DNA of 64,000 bases from assembly GCA_907165135.1 (NCBI GenBank), contig OU015566.1, forward strand, positions 6,820,001 through 6,884,000. Direction: 5' to 3'. The DNA comes from Oikopleura dioica (lineage: Eukaryota; Animalia; Chordata). A model generated the notes under the pieces. It searched no databases and had not been told where the DNA came from. It saw only the letters and a program-made list of their open reading frames with translations. Position 1 is the first letter of the stretch, and each line of letters starts with the position of its first letter. The position numbers and the translations under genes were made by a program. Positions 1 through 10,681 of this stretch are shown one piece after another.

Positions 1-3000
1 AAATTATGTAATAGAAACACGAGTTCGCTGATATTGATTCTTACCTATTCGAGTCTGAATCGCTCCACTGACCTTCAGATACAGATGTATCCAGCTGCTT
101 GTTTTCTGCTTCCACGATAGACTTACTCCACTGACCTTCGGAAACCGACGTCTCATCGCCATCTTTCTTCTCTTCCACGAGACTCTGATTAAAAGTTCCT
201 CTTGAGATAGAAGACTCTGCATCGGACTTTTCCCAGTCTCCCTCTGAAACAGAAGTTTCATCAGCGTCATTCTGTTTTTCCGCGATGGACTGGTCAAAAG
301 TTCCGTTTGATACTGAACTATCTTCATTCTCATATTGCGCAATCGGACGGGGAGGAGGGAGAGTTGGAAGGCGCTCTCCTCGTTCTACCAGAAGCTCCAG
401 CCTTGAACCAGCATTCTTCAGCATATCGACAACATCCTTTATTTCATAGCCCTCGACTTCCCGCTCATCGATTGATTTGATGACATCGTTGGGTTTCAAA
501 AAGGCCTTCGCAGCGGGAGAGTCATCACCAACAACGCTTACAACAATTGATTCATCGACCTTTCTAATGCCAAATCCAAAGCCAGGCTCATCGGGGAATT
601 TTACAATAAGAATCTTTGTAAAAATCTCATCGCGAACAGCAAGTGTCAGGAATGTTGAAGTTTTAATGACTTCAATTACTTCGGTGATTTCCATGTCATT
701 AACTGATTGGCCATTGATAGAGACGATTTCGTTCCCAGACAAAAGAGCTTCTGACGATGGAGAATCATGGGAGACTGATTGCACGATAAGACGATTGTTG
801 ATTTCGGCGACGCCGAAGCCGAACTTTTCATCTTGCTCTTTCGACACTCGAATAATGCGACCATAAGCAGGGCGAACAACATTGTGGTAATGGTCTTGCT
901 GGACAACTTCAGTTTTTTCTTCAACAATTGTTTCTGTTGCTTCTTCGACAGTATCTTCCTCGATTTCTACAGTAGTTTCTTCTGATCGCCGGACCTTCAA
1001 AACGATAAATTCAGTCGCTGAACTAATCAGTTCATAAATAGCCTTCAATTCCATCTCATCAACTTGCATATCTCCAATAAACACAATCTGATCTCCAACG
1101 AGAAGACCCGCCTGCTCGGAAGCGCTGTTTGGGTTGATGTGCTGTACTCTTATTCCATCGCTCTTGTGGATGGCGAAACCGTAGGATTGATCTCGCACGA
1201 CCTTAATTTCTAGTAGATCGCTATCGGGCTTTGGCTTTTGTTGCTGAGAAGCGACAGAGATAGCAGCTGCGGAAAGGACAGCTTTGTTGAAGCCAGCGGC
1301 TTTTTCATTAATCGCGCGATCTTCTGAGGACAGAGAGGACTCACTGGAAGAGTCTGAGAATCTAGTTTCAACGGGAATAACTTGCGTTGTCTCCTGGACC
1401 GTCACGGTCTCTTCGACCACTTCTTCATCTGTGCTACTCGAGTAGATACTGGCATTGTCGTGATTGATTTCAATGGGAGGGATAAGAGGAGGAACTGGTG
1501 GTAAGCTTTCAACAGGAGGTGGCCCAGAAGCTCTGTGTAAAAATAGAACAACAACTCCGTCCGCTTTCTTGATCTCTTCCAGCGCCGACTGAACATTGTT
1601 CTGATCCAAGGCTACTCCATTGATCATTATGATCTGGTCGTCAATTTCCAGTCCAGAGTTATCTGCAGGTGTATCTTCGTTGATACTTTTGATTAAAATC
1701 TTTCCGTCACGCTGACATACACCAAAGCCGTACGTCACATTTCTGACGATTTTGATTTCAAAGCCATCGAGTGGAACAGCGGTGGGAGTTTCTAAAATAT
1801 CGCTCTTTTCAGAATCACTATCGGATGATGACGACGATGATGATGAAATCGACAAGGTACGAGTGACGTCGTTGCGACCGACTTTGAGATTAACTTGGGT
1901 TGGATTGGATTTGAGGAGATCCATGATCTCGCGCGACTCCAAATGGTGAACTGGCTGATGGTTGACTTCGAGAAGAATGTCTCCTTCCCGAATTGTTGAA
2001 CGAGCTGCTGGTGTATCTTCTTTTATGGTTTTAATTGTCGGTTGTTCGTCAAACTCGAGTCCAAAGCCAAAAGTTTCATCTAAGAATTAGAAAAGATCCC
2101 TCAAAACAATCCTCTCACCTTCTCGCTTCGTAATAATAATATCGCTGATGAAAGCAAAATCGTTTTCGGAAACATTTTCAAGCCCTGGCTTAGCCATAAC
2201 AAACGGCTCATCCTCGAAAACTTTCGTTTCTCTTTCTCCTTCTTCGGTGAAAAATGAGTCTTTTTTCGATTTTTTTACTCGTCGTCTTTTGAAAAAATTG
2301 ATGTTTCGGAAAAATGAAAAACAGCCTCTTTTTCCAGCAGTGAAATTTTTCATTGTAACAAAAATGTGCAAGATCGACTTTTTGCAAACAGACAACCTTT
2401 CAAAAACAACCACGTGATTTAAGACAGTGCTGTCTTGAGTTCGAAAAAACGAGCCTGAGGGTAGTCGGTCTGGGCGAGTTCCTCTTTCTCGAGACACAAC
2501 GATTTCTAATGAGTTTCCGGCTTCACTTTTGTCGAAGTCAAGAAACTGCGAACTAACAGTTTATCGACAGTAAATAATATTCTTGACTTTTCCTAATGTA
2601 CGCGATGGCTTTATGAATATCAGTCTCAGGGAACGGGCCAACAACCTGCTCATTGATCATGATAATTTCATCATCATCGAGTAGTTTCTCATCCGCCACA
2701 GTGTCAACTTTAACATCGTTGACAACAATGTGGATCCTTCCATACTGATCTTCCGTCTTTCCAAGCGCAACACCAAGAGTTTCGCCAGTTTTTCGCTCAA
2801 TTTTGACAAGCACCAGCTCTCGGCCATGCTCTTGTCCAGCGGCGAAAGCTGTTTCAACCTCTGGTCGTCCCTCCGCCAAGGCCGCAAGGGCATGCGAATT
2901 ATCCTCCTTTCAATTATGTATTTTCAAAAAATTTCAAAACAACATTTTCCAAATCAATTCCTATAAATCCATGTTTTCAATTCTAGCTTCAGTTTTTTCT

Positions 3001-5922
3001 CTAATCAAAATCGAGAAAAATGAAGCTATTTTCTTTCAAAATGTGTGATGCCATCAAGCTAAGAAAATCAAATTTCCCAACACCAAATATTCAACTGCAT
3101 GATTTCCAAGAAAAATCATACTGTAAGTGCCACAAAATGAAGAAACTTACGATCTGGATCGGCTGTTTGATAACAGGGGCCAGGGCTGCCATTTGATTTC
3201 GATTTTGCTCAAAGTTAATGGACTCTTCAATAACAGTTTCTTCGTTATCTTCGAGAACCACAGGCTCATCCGCATCTTCATCGACCTTTCTGACGCCGAT
3301 TTTGACGATTCCTGGAGGCAGACCCTTGAGGACTTCGACGCAATCTTTTAGTGAGTAAACTCGCATGTCAAACTTGATCTCATTGACTCGGATGATCTGA
3401 TCGCCGGGCGAAAGGCGTCCGTCTTGATCAGCGACTCCTCCGGGAACCAAACCGCGGATTCTGAAAGTTCAAATAAATTAATATTCAAAATATAGATTCA
3501 TTTGTACCTAATACTATTTGCTCCATCTCTATCCGGCGCGTCGAGAATGGAAAAGCCGAGGCCAGAATTGCCCTTTTCAAGCTCAATCCAAACCAAGTCG
3601 TCTTCTTCTTCAGAATCCTCCGAGCTGACGCTGCTGTCTTCTGAAACGACCACAGTCTTGCCGATCGAAGCAGCCACCATGTTGTCACTTGTGACCACAG
3701 TTGGCACATATTCAGACATTGACGTTCCCGGACTTGCGGCCCACGTGACGTTCTCCTCTTTTTGCACGGTTTCTTCTTCAACCTTTCTCCGGGCGCAGAC
3801 GAGCACGACATGTTCAGGCAAAGATCTGATAATTTGCACAGCGGCGAGATGGTTCATTCCAATCAGTTTTTCTCCGTTTACTTCAAGTACTTCATCTCCA
3901 GCTTTGATTCCCGTCTTTGTTCCGACGGGGCCAGAAGGAGACACGGATCGAATGATATGTTTAAATTGTCCTTCGCTCTCCAGGCCTTCTACGTCGATTC
4001 CAAGTCCGGCGTTTTCGTACTCTTTCGTCAACTCCCCGACCTGAAAAACAATGATAAAGCATGCAAATTCACAAGCACCAGGGGATTAAAGCACCATCTT
4101 AGGTCACCATGAATACAAAAAAGGATTACCCTATCTGCAGGTACAGGATCATCTGGCCCACTTTCAAGCGCTTCAAGAGAAATACCAAGCCCTTGGCCTG
4201 GCTCTCTCGCAACTTGTTCTGTCTAATTTGGATAAATTAAAGAATGAATGCGCCTCACGCAATTTTATAAGACAAAAAAATCGATACTTACGATGATTTC
4301 GAATTTGTCGCCGACAATCTTTTGCCAATAATGGCTGAGTTGGGCGATTTGCTGATCGGTGAGTCGGGTCGATTTTCGCTTTCGTCGAGAAAGGGTTAAA
4401 TGGACCGAGTCGCCCGTATTCTGCAGCGCTTCCACGGCCTCTTCGGATCCAACTCCTTGTCCGTCAAGTCGAAGTCCATTCACAGCAATGATCTGATCAC
4501 CAGCTTCAATTCGTCCGTCATTTGCCGCTGGCGAGCCAGGGGTAACAGCTTTGACATAAATTCCATGCTGCGCGATTCCGGAAGATCCATCATTCACCCA
4601 TCCTGCGATATGAATTCCAATTCCGCCGGCGTTCTTCGTCAATTCTACATCAAACACCTCATCAGGCGACGTTTTCAACTGGTTAAAGGTTGGCAACTCG
4701 CCGCGGGCAATCTCTAGTTTGACCGTCGAGCCAGTTTCTTGCAGAATCGTCGCTGCTTCTTTTGAGCCCATTCCGGAGAGGTCGATATCGTTGATTTTGA
4801 GAATCGTATCTCCTGATTGAAGACGACCGTCTCGGTCTGCCAGGCCATCCGGAAGGATCGTTTTAATCTGAACACCCGTGGCCTTTCCACCAACGATTCC
4901 GAAACCAAATCCGCTTCCTTCATTGTGCAACACGACGATTTCCGAGTGAGCCCAGCGCTTTTCAGCTGGTTTCAAATCGACTTCGGATGCTTGAGATTCA
5001 GAATCCGAAAAGCGCCCTGGCTGCCGAGGAATGGGACCACGTGCAATGATCAGGTGAACGGAGTCCTTTACAGCTTGAAGCGCTGCGATCGCTTCTGTGT
5101 GCGAGACACTTGGGCCGAGGGGCTTTCCGTTGATGACAAGAATCTGATCTGATTCCTTTAGTCGACCATCTTCATCGGTAATCGTGCCAGGTTGAATTTC
5201 TTGGACAAAGATGCCCAATTCGCCGCGATTCTCCGATTCCAGGCCGACGACAGAGAAACCAAGTGATGTCCCCACTTGTTTTTCGAGAGTGATGTGTTCG
5301 GTTTCCCGCCCGTTGGCCATTTTCTCGACGAAATCATCGATCCAGCTTGGATCGTCGACCGAAGATGCGGATGAGCTCGTGTATTCTTCGGCTTATCAAG
5401 AATTGAAAAGCAGAAATTTCTGCATTTATTGAAGATATATTATCGTTAAAATAAGGGTATTTCTCCATTAATTTGGGGAAATAAGAGGGGAAACCAACTG
5501 ATAATGGGCATATTTGGGCCTCTTCATCCTGGGGGTTAATTTTTCTTTGTGAATAATTTTTCATAAATGAGATCATTTTCGAGCTAAGCATTAGCAAATA
5601 ATCTCGATTCCGCAAAATCAATTGATTTTGGCGATTAGCCGCTGTAGTAAAAACGACGATGATCAATATTTGCATTTCAATTCATTCCTAAATGTCCGTT
5701 CTCGTCGATTTTGAATTCGGAAAATTCTTCTGGGTTTTCTTGGATTGTTTCTTTGACCCTAGTGAGCGCCTTTTCTAAATGCAGGAGCTGGCGAAAGAGC
5801 GGATCGTTGATAAGCTGCTCTAGGCCGTCCAGGCCAGCTGCTTGGGCTCCGACTTGGGCTCGAATTCGCTGAAGCGCTCCGGCTACATCGTCGATTGAGG
5901 GAGATTGTTTCACCCCGGGCAT
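1..5922 (-). CDS. L27 + multi-PDZ scaffold protein (MPDZ/PATJ/InaD-like family), multi-exon, 3' end outside the window
   Basis: The N-terminal L27-like exon (MPGVKQSPSIDDVAGALQRIR...LINDPLFRQLL) is followed by PDZs matching MUPP1/PATJ PDZ1-5 (LGFSVVGLESENRGELGIFVQEIQPG; GFGFGIVGGKATGVQIKTILPDG; GIGIHIAGW; HIIRSVSPSGPVG; ELEKGNSGLGFSILD). About six further, more divergent PDZs follow. Confidence 0.9.
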
Positions 5923-6867
5923 TTTGGAAAAAGCCCAATTTACAGTCTGAATATGTAAAAGCATTTAATTTGAGTTCAACTGTGGTAAATTATTTTTTAA
6001 GATAAAATAATGTGTATTTTGCATTCTCCAGAATTGTCATCGAATCATTTTCAAGCAAGAAAAGAATCGTGATATGAGAAAAAGTAGTTTTGGATATGAT
6101 AATCTTTGAACTACTTCGACGACATAGTGATCGAATTCGAATTTAAAATGTAATAAGAATCATTTTATAACGAACATACATGTATCTTTTTAAATAAAAT
6201 TATAAATTTTTAGAAATCACGGACTTCAATGTGGCTCAAATGAAAATTCATTTGAAACATAATTATGTTTTTTATCATCTTTAACAATAATTTTCGGTAA
6301 GTAAATTCATGGGCAACAAATTCGACTATTTAGTGCAACAGGTGATCAGAAAATAAGCAAACATTTCCAAAGTTATTTTAGGACAGAAAATTTAAATTCA
6401 TTCTTCTGTTGAAAAAGTTTTATGGTTTCTTAATTTCTTCATTTTCATTTCTTCTTCAATCTCTATTTTTTTTCTCATAATATTAACAAATACCCATCAT
6501 CGAAAAAAATATCATTTTATTGAAAAGAGAGAGCTGATTCTGAATCAGCGTTTTCTTTTTCTCAGCGATTGAAAACGAGAAAAGAGTGAAAGGGAGAGAA
6601 TTCGCGTGGGCGAAATGGCTTACTGGCGCGATGCCACTTTCACTTCGCAAATTTCAAATTTCAATCCGTCTTTTTGGTATTTTAAAAATCAAGAAAAATA
6701 AAAGAGAAGAGGAATTTCGGGTTAATTTTTAACTCCTTGTCTGTTTCGATTCCTGGCCAGGTGAGCCAGTTTTTCTTTCTTTGCTTGAATTCAATATTTG
6801 CTCAATTTAGTAAATTTCATGCTGAAATGACTGTATGAAAAATGCTTGTAGAATGAATTCGGGAAAG

Positions 6868-7981
6868 ATGGGAGCAGCGGGCCTCGATCAGGAGATCGGG
6901 TACAATCCGATCTTGACCGCCACGGTCAAAAACGAGCAAGGAGTCCGAGATGTAGGAACGCTCTCAGAATATTCTCTCCAGGGTTCTGTAAAAGATGAAT
7001 TTGTCGAAGACGTGAAGAACAGACTCAGAGGATTGTGCGATAACGTCGAATGCGAACCGTTTATCGGTGAGTTTTGCAAATGATCGGATTTCCCTAAACC
7101 CCGGATTTCGCCACTGACGGAAATCAATACTGGTGGGAAAGACGTTTTGATTTCCGTCAACGGCAAAATTCGGGGTTTGTGAAAGCACGTTTTTGCAGGA
7201 AAATATTTGAACTTAAGACTGCTTTAGATCATGAAATCTCTTACTCCCTTCAATCTTCCTCCGGTAATGCTGTAACAATGCGTGTATCCCGTTCCTTGGC
7301 GCAAAGCAAAATGCCCTGGCAGTTGAAATACGTCGGAGCACTCGAAGTAGAAATTTATTTTCAACCCTTTTTCATTTAAAATTCTAGACAGGCAAAAACA
7401 AATCTTGCCTGATGAGAAATCAAGTAACAGTCGGCTGCTCGGAAAACGTCACTTCTTTCCTGACAGAATTGGGATTCAGAGCTGACACGGAATTTCTCAG
7501 CAAAGGATATCTCTACAGAAAAGGGAGGATAAAAGTCGTTCTATCGAAGCTTTGCAAAATGAAAGAACCAGGACAGCATCAGGAACAGAATCTTTTGCCG
7601 CTGACGAAAAGTCATCTTGTGGAAGTTTCAGTTACGACCCTCACGGGTGGAGAAGACCCAGGAAATGCTCTTAATCTTATCTTTTACGCGAACAGGCAGG
7701 ATGATTGCAATCGTCAGCTGTGGAAGTAGATAGTTATCTTAGAATAGAGGGTGCTGAACTTGCTATAAAAGCTGCTCAAGGTTTCAACTCATTTATTTTC
7801 AGACCTTTTTAAAATGAAACTGAAGAAACACATCCTGTTTAACCATCAATGAAATTTTTTATGTTGAGAGCATTTGACAGGCCCAGATCTAAAACATTTC
7901 GCGGAAATGCTGAAACCACAAGTGAAGCTTACAAAAGTCGATCACCGAGAAATTCAATCACATACACGCCCAAATTTCTGA
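6868..7981 (+). CDS. MED18: Mediator subunit 18, 4 exons
   Basis: EYSLQGSVKDEFVEDVKNRLRGLCDNVECEPFI-DHE, MPWQLKYVG, FLTELGFRADTEFLSKGYLYRKGRIKVVLSKL, SHLVEVSV and FAEMLKPQVKLTKVD follow the MED18 pattern in order. The start codon is uncertain. Confidence 0.92.
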
Positions 7982-8190
7982 GCTAGAAATGGCTACTTCA
8001 CTACACGATCTTCTTTTCAAAATAGAAGAGTCCACTGTTTCTTCTTTTCAATCGTATAAGTGCAATAAAATCAACCAATTTATTTATTCGGAAATATGAT
8101 ATATTTTAGTCAAGAATAGAGTACATGGCTTGTGCGAATTCTGCAGGTTTTTTCAAGACAGTCTTGTTGCACTGATGTGTGTTATTTTAT

Positions 8191-8502
8191 TCAGTGTTTG
8201 TGAATGCAACAAGTAGTCGCTGCAAGATAACTGACATACTCCATGAAATCTATTGATTCGCTCTCATCCCAATCCAAATCCTTGAGGAGTTTTTCGCCAG
8301 TATCTTCATCACCTGCATGGAGGGCTGCATCTTGGAGAGAAGGAAACTCCTCTGGAATAATCTTAAAGCAATTACGATCTCTAAATTCTAAAAGTACCTT
8401 CAATGAGACCTCTTAATTCCGCTTTATTAAGTTGCTTGTCTTCACCGGCTTGCTTGGCGAAAGTTTTGTAAATCAAAGTCATTGTTGCTGCAGATCACCC
8501 AT
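8191..8502 (-). CDS. S100-like EF-hand protein, copy 1 (1-nt frameshift near the start)
   Basis: MGDLQ[A]TMTLIYKTFAKQAGEDKQLNKAELRGLIE / EEFPSLQ...LLKDLDWDESESIDFMEYVSYLAATTCCIHKH. It has a pseudo-EF hand plus a canonical EF hand, and the same phase-1 intron as its paralogs. Confidence 0.8.
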
Positions 8503-8570
8503 ACTCTCAATAGCTTACGGACTTCTCTCTTATAAAGATATGGATGAAACGAAGAGAATACGGCAGTTTT

Positions 8571-8592
8571 ATACAAAAATAACTTCCGGTTT
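8571..8592 (-). promoter_or_regulatory. ETS-type CCGGAAGT motif plus TATA-like box upstream of S100 copy 1
   Basis: The minus strand reads ACCGGAAGTTATTTTTGTATAAAA. Equivalent motifs lie upstream of copy 2 (about 9181-9201, ACCGGAAGTATTTTTGTATATA) and copy 3 (about 10031-10050, GCGGAAGTAGCTCGGATATAAAA). Confidence 0.55.
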
Positions 8593-8806
8593 AATAAGAC
8601 GCTATGCATCCTTGCTTCATAAATGTCTATTTTTATCTTTTTTTAAAAACGTATCTAATTTTCCATAAGTATACCTTATAATGTATTATAGCACTTATTT
8701 ATCATCAAATTTTCAATATCGAGAAGTTAATTTATGCAGGCTTTTAATCATATTCGTGCAGAGATTTGCAGAAATTAACTCCTGTTTCAGTCCTTTTTTA
8801 ATTTTT

Positions 8807-9118
8807 TCATAGCATTTGGCCCGTTGCACAAATAAGTGCTGCAACCATTGTCACAAACTCAGTGAAGTTCACGTCTCCACTAGCGTCTTGGTCCAAGGCC
8901 TCGAAGATTTTGTCGACCGCATTTGGATCTTGTACACTTGCCAGCATACCAGCGAACTCATCATGTAAAACATTTTTGAAATTGGAAGTTCTTAATTTAT
9001 TACCATCAAGGAGAAGTCTCAACTCTCCTTTTGAGAGGGTCTCGTAGGGTTCTTCATTTGATGCATGCTGATGGAAAACTCCTATCAGCATAGCCATTGC
9101 GCTTTGCAAAGCTGACAT
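8807..9118 (-). CDS. S100-like EF-hand protein, copy 2
   Basis: MSALQSAMAMLIGVFHQHASNEEPYETLSKGELRLLLD...EFAGMLASVQDPNAVDKIFEALDQDASGDVNFTEFVTMVAAL is a typical S100 helix and loop layout. Confidence 0.9.
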   Translation of the reverse strand: MSALQSAMAMLIGVFHQHASNEEPYETLSKGELRLLLDGNKLRTSNFKNVLHDEFAGMLASVQDPNAVDKIFEALDQDASGDVNFTEFVTMVAALICATGQML

Positions 9119-9406
9119 GTACTCGACTTGGTTTTTTTGTATTTTACCGCTTTGGAGAAATGGATGAAAACGGGCAGCTATATACAAAAATACTTCCGGT
9201 TCAGGTGCCTGCTTTGACTGTATCCTCGGTTCATGAACGAACCTAATAAAAAGATCATCCTAACACTGCAAGTATGGTTATTTTCCAAAGAGGAGATATT
9301 AGAAATCGTCGCAGAAAGAAGCTTCGATATTTCATTTAAATTAACTTAATTTTCTCTTTCATTTCAAATGATGTAGATAAGAAAAAGTGGGTCCCTCTGT
9401 TGACCA

Positions 9407-9520
9407 TTACTGTTTGCAGAGCATTTCGTTCGCTACACAATCAAGAGCTGCGACCATTGTGACGAACTGTTGAAAATTCACATCGCCGGCGAAATTTGTA
9501 GCAAACCTTTGAAGTCGGCA
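9407..9520 (-). pseudogene. Relic S100 second exon
   Basis: DFKGLLQ, then a 1-nt deletion relative to the paralog, then GDVNFQQFVTMVAALDCVANEMLCKQ*. No matching first exon was found. Confidence 0.75.
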
Positions 9521-9648
9521 AAAGAATATATTTTCTAGCATTGCTTCAGGTTTTCTACATTTGTCTCGCAAGGCAAAAGCAACGCAGATATAATAGAAGT
9601 CGTTCAATTTTTTTTTTTGTATTTTTATTTCAGTTGCAGCCTAAAGAA

Positions 9649-9959
9649 CTACTGTGAGCACAACATTTCGTTCGTTGCCGCGGTAAGCGCTGCAACCATT
9701 GTGACAAACTCAGTGAAATTAACGCTTCCGTTTCCATCCTGGTCCAAGCCCTTGAAGATTTCGTCGACGACATTTTTATCTTTTGAGTTCCCCAACATAC
9801 TTCCGAATTCGGCTATGATATTTTTAAAGGTTTGCGACTTTTAGAAAGCTTACTCTCAAGGAGATTTTTTAGCTCTTCCTTGTTGAGTGCCTGATCTTGG
9901 CCACAATGCTTGGCGAAAACTGAGATGAGGCCTGCCATTGCTGATTGCAGAGCAGACAT
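9649..9959 (-). CDS. S100-like EF-hand protein, copy 3
   Basis: MSALQSAMAGLISVFAKHCGQDQALNKEELKNLLET / EFGSMLGNSKDKNVVDEIFKGLDQDGNGSVNFTEFVTMVAALTAATNEMLCSQ*, with a GT-AG intron at 9813-9853. Confidence 0.92.
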
Positions 9960-10681
9960 CGTTGACTCTCGTTCCTATCGTTTTCACTGTTATAAAGAAA
10001 TGAATGAATGGATGAGAAAAAAGGTAATTTTATATCCGAGCTACTTCCGCTCCAGCAGCTCGCCTGAACTGCATCGTAGGTTTATGAACGCACCTAAGAA
10101 TAAGGGCGAAGTGCATTCAATGTTTTATCCGATGACGGATAAAACCACTCCTAGTGATCTTGAAATCTGGATTCGAGAACGGATAATAACCATCAAGATT
10201 GAGCCTTGCTAAGTGAATGCAAGTAGCATTCGTGACTCAGGATTCGTGAGTATGGGAATGATTGAGCATGCTCAACCGCTTAATCTCCATTATCTCTTGA
10301 ATATGGGCTAGTGGTTAGGATTACGGACTGGGAACTCTCAACGGGGGGTCCCGGGGGTCTAGCCCCCTGGGTTAGGTTTAGGGTTAGGGGCAGCTCGAAT
10401 GATAACCCGGTCTAGCAGTTCGGTTTGACTTTATTCTGGGTTCACAAACGCACCTTTGAAGAAGGATAAATGGGTTCGCTCAATGAACTCAGTTACTATT
10501 GCGATGCACAAAACCATTAACGCGATCAATTAAAGCCCAATTCAGAAATCGCTAAAAAAGCTTGGCAATATTCCGAGTTGTACTGATTGCACGCAATGTT
10601 TGTTGGTATAAGAACATCGTCAATATTTATCGGCCGATGGAGAGCAAAACTGGCTCAGTCCGACGCTCAGAGTTTTCAGAG

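Noticed and set aside
3502-4044. Long plus-strand ORFs opposite the PDZ gene (also 477-866, 4400-4717, 40071-40370)
   Set aside because: These are antisense shadows of well-supported coding exons and have no independent features.
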